Program-made: the position numbers and the translations under genes | In this document: positions 46,229 through 57,526 of the stretch, one piece after another | How positions within the stretch are numbered: position 1 is the first letter of the stretch | Layout: the number at the start of each line of letters is the position of its first letter | Origin: Mayamaea pseudoterrestris | Lineage: Eukaryota | Length of the DNA: 64,000 bases | Direction: 5' to 3' | Assembly: GCA_027923505.1 (NCBI GenBank) | Contig: BROI01000002.1 | Location: 1,612,001-1,676,000, forward strand | Notes under the pieces: generated by a model | What the model was told of the DNA's origin: nothing | Seen by the model: only the letters and a program-made list of their open reading frames with translations | Database searches by the model: none

Positions 46229-47248
46229 TTACAATGTTGTCTCGGAGGACTCTGCAAACGGCTCCCACTGCATAATCTCCTCTTGTTCAGCAGTCGACAT
46301 GTTCGTCACGGTCCAGTGCGCGTACAGCAGCGCGCCAATGTCGTACATGGCGTGACACACAATGGGCACGGCCAAGTTGTAGTCACTGACGACGTACAAG
46401 TAGCCAAAGTAGAACGAGGCAACCGTCGCCAAGCCGGCGTACAGCCACGTGACGGCGTGGAGCGATCCAAATATTACGCTTGAAAGTAGAATGGCCAGCG
46501 CGTTCGAAACATGCCAACTGTCGACAAGTTGGTACTGCAGCAAGCCGCGAAAGAGCATTTCCTCGCCAAATCCGGCAGCCAAGCCAAGCAACATACACAC
46601 CGTCAGTGCTGTGATTGGTTTCCATTGCGCGCCCAGCAAGACCAATACCGTCTTGAGCGTGGCCTGCGTGACTTGTTGGAGCGCCGGAAATTTGTCTTCC
46701 AGTTTCAGCAAGTTCGGCAGCACTGCCAATGCAGCAAGTGGAAGCGTGCAAACTAATCCCTGGCGAATGGTGTCGAATGTGAATTGAATGTTTGGTCCGC
46801 ATCCGTAGTTTGGTGTCTGAAAGAGTGCGCTGACAATGACTGCAAGTAGAATGAGAGATGATTGACCGAGTATGTAGGTAATGGGAGTCTTTGGATCAAA
46901 GTATGCGTCGTTAGTGGTTGAGATGTTCTCGTCGTCGGTAGTTGTTGGCGGCGTTTCTCTCGAGCAGAGCTGCGTAGATGATGCAGTCGAAGGTTGACGA
47001 CTAAGTTTCAGTCGTTGTCGAGTCGAGACTGAGTTCTTGGTGCCTTTGAAAGGTAGTAATGAGTCATCTTCCTGCGATACTAATCGCAATCTACAGTCTC
47101 GCAAGAATATCCGATTCGCAACAGGCTTGGCGTGACAATCTTGCGGTGGCCGATGACGAAGCGGCGCGGAAATACTCGCAAAGGCTGCGACGTTCTCGAA
47201 CAGAGTCAACAGCAGCAAGACATGCATGCCAATGTTAGCAAGCTGCAT
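46229..47248 (-). CDS. CPBP/Abi (type II CAAX) intramembrane protease family protein, probably plastid-targeted
   Basis: Motifs GFGEEMLFRG, IFGSLH and HAMYD within TM helices. Signal ending VAA-FAS. Start is ATG 47248 or 47227. Confidence 0.88.
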   Translation of the reverse strand: MQLANIGMHVLLLLTLFENVAAFASISAPLRHRPPQDCHAKPVANRIFLRDCRLRLVSQEDDSLLPFKGTKNSVSTRQRLKLSRQPSTASSTQLCSRETPPTTTDDENISTTNDAYFDPKTPITYILGQSSLILLAVIVSALFQTPNYGCGPNIQFTFDTIRQGLVCTLPLAALAVLPNLLKLEDKFPALQQVTQATLKTVLVLLGAQWKPITALTVCMLLGLAAGFGEEMLFRGLLQYQLVDSWHVSNALAILLSSVIFGSLHAVTWLYAGLATVASFYFGYLYVVSDYNLAVPIVCHAMYDIGALLYAHWTVTNMSTAEQEEIMQWEPFAESSETTL

Positions 47249-47713
47249 TGTTCGACTCTTATCACTAACTCTGCGAGTGGATGGAAGATAGCAGATGGCA
47301 AGCGCTGCAGCTTCTGTTAATCTTGTAGCTTTGTCTTGTCCGCTCGACAAGATTCAAGCAAGAATGAGTTGGTCTTACGTCTCACCGCCACTCGTTCGAA
47401 TGGGCGATTCCGACTCCGGAAGGTCATGGAGGGCGTATGTGAGGGCAATAGTGATTGTACCGACTTCCGATCCCGAGGGGCGACGGAAGTCCAAGCACCC
47501 GGAGATCGACGTCGTTGGTTGGCATGCGTGTCGAGTTTTGCGCGGAAGACTCCTTTCACAACCAAGGCACTTGCCATTCTCACTTGCAACCCATTGTTTG
47601 ACGCAGACACTTGCTAATCGAGACGCTCTTGACACTCGAATGAATCAAGAGTCTCATTCACAGACTATAGTTTACATATATTTTGCAGCCGCCTACCAAG
47701 AAGACTCGTCGTC

Positions 47714-48442
47714 ATGATTCCATCTGCTTCGAAACGAACGCTTTCCTCCATTTTGACATCACCCAGCCGCGTCGCGCAGGCGCTCGACTGGAAGAAATCA
47801 TCCGGTACAGTCTTGAGCGTTGCCGTTCAGTCGGATCGATTGAGTCTGGCGGTTGCCTCTCACCCAGGAACGGACGATAATGTCACGACGCTGGCGTCGG
47901 TGCCTCTCCATACAACGAATCTTGAAAGCAGTCACGCTTCCCGAAGAAGTTTGAGTCCCAAGGTAGCGACGGAACTAATCAAGATTGTCCAAGACTTTAA
48001 CGTTTGCGGCTTGATTGTCTCCTGGCCAGTCCAAAAGGAAGGATGGGTTGGAGCTCCCTGCGGCAAGGTCTTGAATACACTCGATCAGCTCGTGACGCAA
48101 AGCAAGACGCTCCTCACCAAGAGTCGACCCCTCTGCCTTTGGGATGAAGCGCATCATCAGCCACTGGAGGATGAGTGGGGCCGCGCTTCCATTTACGCGC
48201 ATACCAGCCACAAGACGGAGCATGTTGCTTCGACGGAGCAGTACCAGGCGCCTCTCACGCTAGCGGCGAACGTTTGGAACGACTTTTGCCGTGCTCATTG
48301 GCCGGAGCTTTACTACCAGAGTCACTCGGACGAAGCTGCCGTTCTGTCGTCGCTCCAGCGCTCGTCCACATCGACGGTGGTGGACCCATCGTGGCTGGAT
48401 CACTACGAGGAAACGGCAGCCTACACGCACGCGACGCTATAG
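47714..48442 (+). CDS. YqgF/RuvX-like (RNase H fold) protein, divergent
   Basis: Layout VLSVAV..DRLSLAVA...LIKIVQDFNVCGLIVSWP..EG...LCLWDE resembles YqgF. The first catalytic Asp position appears substituted. Confidence 0.6.
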   Translation: MIPSASKRTLSSILTSPSRVAQALDWKKSSGTVLSVAVQSDRLSLAVASHPGTDDNVTTLASVPLHTTNLESSHASRRSLSPKVATELIKIVQDFNVCGLIVSWPVQKEGWVGAPCGKVLNTLDQLVTQSKTLLTKSRPLCLWDEAHHQPLEDEWGRASIYAHTSHKTEHVASTEQYQAPLTLAANVWNDFCRAHWPELYYQSHSDEAAVLSSLQRSSTSTVVDPSWLDHYEETAAYTHATL

Positions 48443-49413
48443 AGCGCGAGTCGCGTCGCCACACTCATAGAAGAAGAAGAATGCATATATGATACAAACG
48501 AGTCAAGTTAAAAGCTAGAGCAAAAGAGCATAGAATAACATACAGACAGCAATGTTAGTTAAAGAAAGTTAGATTATTTATAAAGCAATACTGTATACAT
48601 AGTCCATGGAAGTCTCATAAGCACATGGCGCATCGCTAGCCAACGGCAAGCGGAGACGGTGCGATCCCCATGGTCCGTTTCAGTCACGCCAAAGCTTTGG
48701 CGACGCGCTATGTCTGCAAAGTCCCGATGGACGAAAGAAAATGCGGAAGTCTCGTTGTTGCAAAGCCATCGGGCTGGATTTACAGTTAACGATCGATGAA
48801 AATCGTTGACTGTCACAGCAAGTATGATACTTGTATCTTGAAACTGCCCGGCTAGCTATGTACCGGAAGGAACAATCCTGCATGGAAGAACACTCCTTGT
48901 CGCTACTGCAATGACTCAACACTGGTACCGGACCGACAGTTTGTGACACCAACAATCATTACCGGAGCGACCTTCAACGCGTGGACGGCAACGAGAGCCG
49001 TCCGACGCACCGTCAAGATGCACACCATTTTCCAACGGGAGCAATTGGTTATATATTTGTATACAGTTAGTTGTACAAGTAACAAACGGTAGGAGAGACA
49101 TCAAGACGCAAGAGACGCTTACGGTAGGTTTCATTAGCTGCAATGAGGATCGCGGCGTTGGAGATCTTTTGTGACATCCGTCGCACAGTCAGCGACTGAC
49201 GACCAGGACAGTCAATTAAGAAAGGAGGATCCAGAAAGCAAGTTTGACTACCTTATCCTTGATTCGAATATCTGCACTACCTTTTTATGAGCTGGAGCTG
49301 CTTTGATGTTACTTCGGCTCACTCGAAACGCACCTTTATCGCTTCTTTGACAGCATCACGATCCATCACTTTATCCCCCATTTCACTTGTACGAATCAAT
49401 ACACAACTACAAC

Positions 49414-52216
49414 ATGAGATTATCACTTGCTGCTTTTGCTTTCACATTGAAACTATTCGCCAACACTCGGTCGACACTGGCGGTCGACACCAAGACTGCC
49501 ACGCCGCCTCCCTTTTTCATTCAAGATCCAACCGACTCGCTGTGTTTGGCGGGTGACGAGTTCAAGCGATGCTCGATTGATACGCTCTTTTACGTCTTGG
49601 GAGAACCAGGTATGTGAAGAAACTTAAATGTGGTGTTTAATGATGCATGCAGCTGTGTGTTTGCACATTCTCACTTGCTCATCACATTATTTCGTCTCCA
49701 AATCAGGCAAGTTTCGAATTCACAAGCGCACACTGGACGGCGTCGTGGACGAACTTGACGATGGCACTTGCATTGCCAAGAAGGACTGCAAATCCAAGGC
49801 TCAGAACGACGAAGTGCGCTTACTGAAATGCTCACACTGCGGCGCCAAGTCCTGGAACATTTTGGGCGACGCCAACACGGGCTACGCCTTTACTTCGGAC
49901 GACGGCAAGTACTGTCTACATCGCGATGCCACGACGAAAAAGGCAACGACGGTGCTATGCAACGGCGACGACGCAGCTTCCAGTGCCGCCGACACGCTGC
50001 AAAAGTACACACCCTTTCAACTCCAGTTCGCCAGTGCGTCGGACATTCAGCAAATGTCCAGTCCAGGTGCGCGCCTCGTTGGCGCGGCCAGTGACGGCGA
50101 TTTGAAAGCCATTCAAAACATGCTCAAGGATGGCATTGACGTCAACTTTCGCGACTGGGACCAACTGACGGCGCTCATTCCGGCTAGTTCAAGTGGAAAT
50201 TTGGATATTGTCAAGTTTTTGATCAAGGAAGGAATTGACGTAAATGCCAAGGATAAGGATGGCATTACGGCACTCATGGAGGCAAGCATAATGGGACATT
50301 CTAAAGTGGTGGAGTTCCTGTTGGAAAAGGGTGCCGATGTTGCGGCATCGGCCAACAGTGGTGTCACGTCGCTGTGGCTGGCGGCCAGTGCCGGCAAGGC
50401 TGACTGCATCAAGGCTCTTGTGAAAAAGGGAGCTGACGTGAACAATGCACGAAACGATGGCATCACGGCGCTCATGACGGCTAGTGTTGGTGGACACGCC
50501 GACGCCGTCAAGTTGCTACTGGACCATGGGGCGGATGCTTTGGCGACGGACAAGGATGGTGTCACTCCGCTCATGAATGCCGCCGAAGCGGGCGCCGTGG
50601 AGGTTGTGAAAATGTTGGCGGAAATGACACCCGAGGATGACCGTCCATCATATTTGAATACTGTATCTACCACTGGCTTCACTGCTGTCATTATTGCTGC
50701 TGCGCAAGGTCATAAGGAAGTGGTTGAATACTTGATCGGTGCTGGAGCAGGCGCAGATGTCGTTGGCGAGAATGCAGTCAACGCGCTCATGTACGCCGCA
50801 GCGAGCAACCACGTTGAAGTAATGAAGGTGCTGTTGGAGAAGGGAGGTGCTAATATTGAAGCCAAGCACACCAATGGAGGCACTGCACTACTGGAAGCAT
50901 CGACTAGCGGTGCCGCGGAAGCATTGAAGCTGCTCATCGAGAAGGGGGCATCCATTGATTTCCAGGACGACGATGGTGTCACCCCACTCATGGCAACGGG
51001 CTCGCAAAAGAAGGCCGAAGCTCACCGAGTCATTGTTGATGCGCTTAAATCCAAATATTCCGGAGATGATCTGACGACACATATCAACCTATTTTCCTAT
51101 TCGGGTGGCAGTGCCGTCATGTTTGCGGCAGCGGCTGGAAATACGGAACTCGTCAAGGAGTTGATGGGACTAGGTGCGGATGTCACGGCTGTCGCGCAAG
51201 CCACACCAGAATACTTGAAAAAGCTGGAAAAGATGATTGCCGAGGGCCAAGTAACCAATGAGGACCCGCACGTGGATGGCTTGACCGCACTGCATGTTGC
51301 GGCGCAAGGCGGGCACATGGCGACGGCAGAGGTTTTGTTGGAAGCCGGCGTCGAAGTGAACCTTGACGACGAGCAAGGGAGATCGCCACTGATGCTTGCA
51401 ATTAAGGGAAACTATGGAGAGATTGCTAACCTATTGGTCAAGAAGGGCGCCAACCCAAACACCCCCTACACCGACGATAAGGGCGAGTCCCACAATCTAC
51501 TATTTGATGCCATCATGGTCGAGAATGAAAAGTTTGCCACCGCACTGATTGAAGCTGGTGCTGACATTTATCACAAGGACGACAAGGGCGTCACCAGCTT
51601 GCTGCAAGCCAGTCACCGAGGACTGGCTGATATTGTGAAACTCCTGCTTGACAAGCACAGGACGAGCGGCAAGTCTGGTTACATTGACGATGTCAGCGAC
51701 GAAGGCATTTCGCCGCTCATTGCCGCCGCATCGGAAGGCCACTTGGAAGTGGTGCAAGCCTTACTGGCCGCCAAGGCTAGCATTGACGCCACCGACAAGG
51801 ATGGAACGAATGCACTCATGGCCGCGTCGGCGCGGGGGCATTTGCTCATTGTCAAGGAGCTATTGGAGGCTGGCGCTCAAATGGACGTGCAAAACGCCGA
51901 CGGACACACGGCCCTCATGTTTGCCTACAATGGCAAGAACCAGGTTGAAACTTTATGGGACCGATACAGTCAGTTTGCCAAGGAGCAGGATGCATCCAAG
52001 GATGACGCAGGCACTGGCGCTATCATCAAGGAAGCACTAGATAGTCACCGCGCCTTGGTGGATTTGCTTTTGAAAAAGGGAGCCAACCCCAAGTTAAAGG
52101 ACAAGGAGGGACACGTTGCCGGTGACTTTGACTACCATCCCGATACCGATGCAGAGCTACTCGAAAAGGAGAAACTAGCTGAAAAAGCTCGACGGGAAAG
52201 CAAGGATGAGCTATAA
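49414..52216 (+). CDS. Secretory-pathway ankyrin-repeat protein with C-terminal KDEL, 2 exons
   Basis: Exon 1 49414-49609 (MRLSLAAFAFTLKLF...), intron 49610-49706 (GTATGT..TCAG). Cys-containing N-terminal domain, then many ankyrin repeats (e.g. GITALMEASIMGHSKVVEFLLEKGADV). Ends ESKDEL. Confidence 0.9.
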
Positions 52217-52295
52217 ACATTAAAATTTTAAAGTGACGCATTCTTCATAGACTTTTAAACAGTGGTGTTGATCGTATAGAGGTGAAGAGATTTTT

Positions 52296-53645
52296 TCATC
52301 GCGCATCAGCATCGTCGGTTAGCATTCCAAGGTCGGAAAGAATTTGAAAGGCTCGTTCCTCCACATTGTCAATGGACGCATACTTTTGCGCAAGCTCGTC
52401 ACAATCCAACGTTTGCGCAATATATTTAGAGTCAACGATATTCTGTTCGAAAACTAAAGCTGTTTTCGACCTTGTATTTGCAGTTGTTGTAGCTGATGAT
52501 TTCGCCCGAGTTGATGATGCACTGTCATTTTCATTCAGATTTCGTCGCCACTTGCTGGACTGTGAATCTTCGTTGTCGCGCTCAATGCCTCCACTGGAGC
52601 AAGCAATCAAGCTGGCGCACGCCAGAGAAAGTGCCGATAAAGTTCCGCCGACGAGTTTCGGCACCACGTTTCGTCGCAGCATCAAGTTGATTCCACTCAT
52701 GACAATTACTCCCAACACACTCAGCGACTTGCGTTTGGAGACGGGACGGTGCGCCAGTAGCGCTTCGTAATCACTGGCTTCCATGGCATTTGCATCTTGA
52801 TCAACGCGCTGAAAGACGAAGCGCGTGCCCGACGTTCCGCCCATGCCAATGCGCAGTTCGTCGTTGCAAAAGGTACTATCCAGTAACACACTGGTCTTTG
52901 GTCCAACGCTGAGCGAAAGCAGTGGACGCCGATTTCTATTCGTAAAGCAAATCCGCGGCGGATCAAAGTGCACCTTGACTGCCAACGGTGATAGTGACTT
53001 GAGCTGCTGCTGCTGCTGCTGCTGCTTGTTATTGAAACTGTTGTTCTTCTTGTTTTGGTTGATTACATCCGCATTGCTTCGCTCCTCACTGGTGAGTGGC
53101 ACAGCGTCGCCGCGCAGCAGCACGTGAATCTGCACGCGGCTTTTGAGCGTTTCAAGGTGCACGTGGTTGACTACTTGCGCGACGACAGCATCATTGTTAT
53201 CTTGATGACTAATATTCTTTGTTGCTGCAGTATTTTTACTCGCTGGTATTATATGCTGCCAGGCCGCCTTGGTGCGCAGCAATTTTTGCATCACGCCCGT
53301 CGACTTGGTCCATGTTCCACCGACTGGACTAGCGTTGGAACGCGTCGAAAGAGTGCGCGAAACATGGTACAAGCCCAGTAGCGGTTCAAAGCGACTATTG
53401 TCTTCATCGTCGTCAACGTGATAGGATGCTTCCAACTTTTCAATCAGCGAGAGAATGGTAGCATCGTCTTGATGCTTGTTAATGGCAGTCAAAAGGTCAT
53501 CTGAGCTTGTTGACGTGAGACTAGTCGTATGTTGTCTCGTTACTCTCACTTTAAGAGTACTTGCTATAAAGCCATGCGAAACATGCAAGCAGCATGCGCC
53601 CAGCAGCAGCGCCACGACCGGCATTTGGTTGAAGCGAATCCTCAT
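52296..53645 (-). CDS. PAP/fibrillin-like protein, probably plastid-targeted
   Basis: Signal ending SHG-FIA. ILSLIEKLEA...LLGLYHV and the fibrillin-like end LDSTFCNDELRIGMG...RFVFQR, followed by hydrophobic helices. Contains a poly-Q tract. Confidence 0.6.
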   Translation of the reverse strand: MRIRFNQMPVVALLLGACCLHVSHGFIASTLKVRVTRQHTTSLTSTSSDDLLTAINKHQDDATILSLIEKLEASYHVDDDEDNSRFEPLLGLYHVSRTLSTRSNASPVGGTWTKSTGVMQKLLRTKAAWQHIIPASKNTAATKNISHQDNNDAVVAQVVNHVHLETLKSRVQIHVLLRGDAVPLTSEERSNADVINQNKKNNSFNNKQQQQQQQLKSLSPLAVKVHFDPPRICFTNRNRRPLLSLSVGPKTSVLLDSTFCNDELRIGMGGTSGTRFVFQRVDQDANAMEASDYEALLAHRPVSKRKSLSVLGVIVMSGINLMLRRNVVPKLVGGTLSALSLACASLIACSSGGIERDNEDSQSSKWRRNLNENDSASSTRAKSSATTTANTRSKTALVFEQNIVDSKYIAQTLDCDELAQKYASIDNVEERAFQILSDLGMLTDDADAR

Positions 53646-53866
53646 GGTCGCACGAAAAAATGACGGGTCTCCGCGCGCGAGCGTCAAAACCGGTATGACA
53701 AATTCAGTGCTGATGTGACAGAAGATTTTAATACCGGTACGATGACATTTTGCAGGCCACCAAATTCGAATGCCGATCGCAATCACTTTGCCTTGTTTCT
53801 ACTACTGCAAACTCGTCCATACTATAGATCATTATAGCTAAGACAATACACCAGCTACTTGACAAA

Positions 53867-54577
53867 ATGAACGATACGTGGAATCGCCTTTGGACGAGTT
53901 TCGAAAGCGCATCCGATCAGCAGCGACTGGAGCGGCTCGAGCAGTGTCGCGTTCTCGAGGAGATATTGGCTTCCTGTCGTCGTCAACAGCAGCAGCAGCA
54001 GCAGCAGCAGCAAAATGTCAAGGCAGATTCTCAACGAAACAATGGTAGCTGGTTTTGGCCGTTTACTGCAAGGCAAGCTTCCATCATTGCAACAGACACT
54101 GCAACTGCTGAACAAGCATGTGACATTTCACAACAATCACCATTATCACTCGAAAACACTTCCGCCGGCGTGCGCATGCTGCGCTTTTTTCACTGGCGCG
54201 AGCTGCCGTCCGACTTTCCACTTCATCAGACTGCTTGCTTGCGGGAGGAGCATGCGCTGTGGGCCTGTCGAGCCGTGGCGGTGGGTTGCGGCAAGCCACT
54301 CACCAAACTGCGCGACTGTTTCGACAAACAAGGAGCAAGTAACGTACTACTCGTAGCGGAGGCAAGTCGCACGAATCCAAAGCGAGCAGCAGCAAGTAAT
54401 ACGACTAATACTTGCTACGAGAGTGAAAACGCCAACGCCAACCAGCCATGTCACGACATGCAACGAGCCGTCGGAACCTGCGTGGCGAGCAACTTGTACG
54501 ACTTGCAGCAACGCGTCGCGCAACGGACGAGACAACAAGCAGTGGCAGCAGAGCAGCCACAACAAGCAAACTTATAG
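53867..54577 (+). CDS. Hypothetical protein with four CX9C motifs (CHCH-like)
   Basis: 236-aa ORF containing CRVLEEILASC, CLREEHALWAC, CGKPLTKLRDC and CHDMQRAVGTC. Confidence 0.7.
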   Translation: MNDTWNRLWTSFESASDQQRLERLEQCRVLEEILASCRRQQQQQQQQQQNVKADSQRNNGSWFWPFTARQASIIATDTATAEQACDISQQSPLSLENTSAGVRMLRFFHWRELPSDFPLHQTACLREEHALWACRAVAVGCGKPLTKLRDCFDKQGASNVLLVAEASRTNPKRAAASNTTNTCYESENANANQPCHDMQRAVGTCVASNLYDLQQRVAQRTRQQAVAAEQPQQANL

Positions 54578-54689
54578 ATCATAAATGAGTTGTTTGTATA
54601 GATATAGAAACAAGTGATCACTAGTAAAATGGTAGCAAGAAATGTTCATGCAGGTGTCACCGCGTTGGGGCACGCGACTACATGAGCCA

Positions 54690-55841
54690 TCATTTTTCAC
54701 TCTCGCCGCAGTGAATCGTTTCATGGAGCCGCTTCGTCAAGTAGTCCAACGAGTTGATTGGTGCATCATTCATGTTCTGCTGCTCCCTGTATTGCGGCAG
54801 TGAAACTGGTTCAATCATGACATTCTTGTTGGCGTTGCAGAAGAACGCAATCGAGTAGCGATCCGGAATCGTTACTGTCGTGACAGACTCGTTAATTCCA
54901 TCACTAGACACTTGTTCGCGCTCCTCACACTCGACACGCAGCGGCTGCACCACTTGATGAGGCGCCGCGCGCAAAACACTTCCCGTCCACATTTGCAGCA
55001 TGTCGCCCACCTGCACCAAGATGGAATTTTCCAAGGGATGCACATTGATCCAATGGCCGTCGCACGTTTCGACGCGCAAGCCGCCAACCGCGTCCTGCAC
55101 CAACAAGGTCAACGTGCCAAAGTCCGTGTGGCGGGCGCCGCGAATAATGGTATTTTCGCTAGCAGTAGCTGCAGTCGCAGTAGTAGATGCACTTGCAGGC
55201 ACATTCACCTGAAACTCCGGATAGTGAAGCAACCTCAAGTTGCAGTGCTGCTCGTTGCAGCGATTCACAAAAAAGTTGACATCATGTTGCATGCCAAGAC
55301 CAATGGCAATCAGTTGGAGCAGCTGCAGCTGTAGATTATTCATGCGCTGATAGTATAAAAGCAAGTCGTTACGAAACGAATCTGGTAAATCGTCACTGCT
55401 TGGCCACGGCGTTTGGTAGTTGGCGTCTCCCTCTCTGCCAATGTCAAAGGTTTCCTTTCGGTCGTAGATTGCATCGTTTTCATTATTATTTGCACCCGTT
55501 ACACCATTATTGATGACTGCCGCGTCGTTAACATGACTCTCCGTGCCGCACGGAATGTAGCCGCGGTTGCTGGCGTGATTCTGGTAAACATACTTTAGTT
55601 TCGTAGCTTGGTCCAAGCTGAAAAAGCGGCGACTGGCGTGAAACGCATTGTCGATAAACGCAGAATCAATGTCATGACCAACCAGGCGGGCGCAGCCGAG
55701 ACGTTGCAGTGCTTGGACGAGATGATTCGCCACGGCGGCTTGTTGTCGAGTGGCTGTGCAAGGCGATGCGTCGTTGTCGTCGTCGTCGTTAGCAGATAGG
55801 AGAATTGACAGGTCAATGACTGGGATAGTTTCCATAGTCAT
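54690..55841 (-). CDS. 2-oxoglutarate/Fe(II)-dependent dioxygenase (IPNS/DIOX_N type)
   Basis: IPVIDLS, SRRFFSL, NRGY, LRLLHYP, metal ligands HTDFG...APHQV and the RYSIAFF motif. Confidence 0.93.
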   Translation of the reverse strand: MTMETIPVIDLSILLSANDDDDNDASPCTATRQQAAVANHLVQALQRLGCARLVGHDIDSAFIDNAFHASRRFFSLDQATKLKYVYQNHASNRGYIPCGTESHVNDAAVINNGVTGANNNENDAIYDRKETFDIGREGDANYQTPWPSSDDLPDSFRNDLLLYYQRMNNLQLQLLQLIAIGLGMQHDVNFFVNRCNEQHCNLRLLHYPEFQVNVPASASTTATAATASENTIIRGARHTDFGTLTLLVQDAVGGLRVETCDGHWINVHPLENSILVQVGDMLQMWTGSVLRAAPHQVVQPLRVECEEREQVSSDGINESVTTVTIPDRYSIAFFCNANKNVMIEPVSLPQYREQQNMNDAPINSLDYLTKRLHETIHCGESEK

Positions 55842-56327
55842 CGGATTGGCTTGATTGTATAGTTGTTTGATTCTATGAATGCAACATGAAGATTGTGGCT
55901 GTACGCTCGCTGAAGCTTTCGAGCACCATGGCGGTGATGGCCATCGTCGCGATCAATGTCGTATCGGCACAACAAGTGTAAGTACCGGTAAGACTAAATG
56001 CCAGTGGCAGCTGTAAATAATAATCTATCGCATTCTTGCATACCATCACTGACAGTGAATGATGTATCTACTGCAGTCGGTGGCAGTGACAAGAAGAAGG
56101 GCTCGATGGGTCGAATCTTTGGTCGAGAGAAGTGAATTCGTCAAACTCGAGGCATATCATTCCTTAGATCCAAGTACTTGTACGAGACGCAACCGCCGCG
56201 ACATATTGTTATTAGTATATTGACTGTTTATACCAACTTTTATCAACGGTACAGCATATTACCTGGTAGATCCATAGGCCCAAAGTGCAAACGTACATCA
56301 AGCATGCTTACTACTACTTGTGTATTA

Positions 56328-57230
56328 TTAGTTCGCCTCATCCAAGTAATCCTGAATCTGACTCGGCGTCAAGACTTCAAACTTGCCTCCCTTGCGCACG
56401 ATACCAACTTCAATGTTGTGCGCCGTCATTTCTCCCTCAAAGCCTTCCCGCAGCGTCAGCAGCGCCGTGTGAATGGCATCCTCCAGCTCCATGTCGCTCG
56501 TCCAGCGCTTTTCGAGAAAATTCTTGGCGCTCACGTAGTTCTTGCCAATCGCCGTGGCCTTCCACGCAAAGTAGGCGCCACTCGGATCCACCTGGTAGAG
56601 CGCCGGTACGTGCGAAGAGGCGGCATCGGAGCTACAATCCAAACCGGCAATGAGTAGCGACACGCCAAACGGACGCACGCCACCCCGCTGCGTGTACTCC
56701 TGCATGACGCCCGCCGTCGACTTGACGAGCTGCGAGACCGGCTCGTCTTGTCCGTAGGTGCGACTGTATACTTGGGACGACTTGCGAGCGCGCTTGACTG
56801 TGTGCAATGAGTAGATATAGTAGTAACGTTAGTGGTGAATGGGTTAGATCAAGTGAAACAGCGAGACAAGCGTTTGAATCAGCGAGACAAGCGACCGACG
56901 GCTCCAACAAGTCAATATTTTACAAATTCCTTCCTTCACTCTCTCTCTAATGTAACATAACAATTACATACCAAGAACTCTGTAGTCAGGTCCAACACCA
57001 GAATAGCAAACTCCCGACGTTGGCGTGACGACTTCCATTTTATGAACATTTTTCACATCCACCAAGACGCTCGGCAGCTTTTTATCGGTGGCAAGCACGA
57101 CGCCATCGACGGCGCAAATGCCGAGGCAGGTTCTTCCGTTGGCCACGGCGTTGAGCGCGTACTCGATCTGCAGCAACTTGCCGGTGCGGCTGAAAGTGGT
57201 GAGCGAAAAGCTGTAGGCAGAGTCGCCCAT
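56328..57230 (-). CDS. PSMA2: 20S proteasome subunit alpha type-2, 2 exons
   Basis: [29 protein letters not shown]...[16 protein letters not shown]...[18 protein letters not shown]...[19 protein letters not shown]. Intron 56971-56798. Confidence 0.97.
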
Positions 57231-57526
57231 AATGGTGTTTGCAGTAAGAAATCAAGAGAGAAGCTACGTTGCAGAGTGCAAGAAATGGCGGCTCAATGTT
57301 TAGAAACAAAAAGAGGCAAGTATAGAAGCAAGCGACGCAGCGGCTGCCATTGTGGATGGATGCGTGCGGATGAGGAAAGATCCATTGTCGTAGTGGTATA
57401 CTTTTCCGTTGTCGTACCGAGACTCAATTGAACGCCAACCATTCCGTCGCGCACTTTTTCTCGACGTTCATTATTTTTTTGTTCCGTCATTTTTGTTCCA
57501 TCCATTCTACTCTATCGAAACAAGCC

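Noticed and set aside
48500..49400. Short ORFs in the ~0.9-kb gap before the ankyrin gene
   Set aside because: No recognisable motifs or convincing splice structure; treated as intergenic.
53000..54015. (CAG/CTG)n tracts near 53003-53025 and 53985-54012 (also ~4412-4434)
   Set aside because: Short coding microsatellites giving poly-Q or poly-S linkers; ordinary.
56859..56893. 14-bp direct repeat CAGCGAGACAAGCG in the PSMA2 intron
   Set aside because: A small local duplication with no sign of an element or structured RNA.
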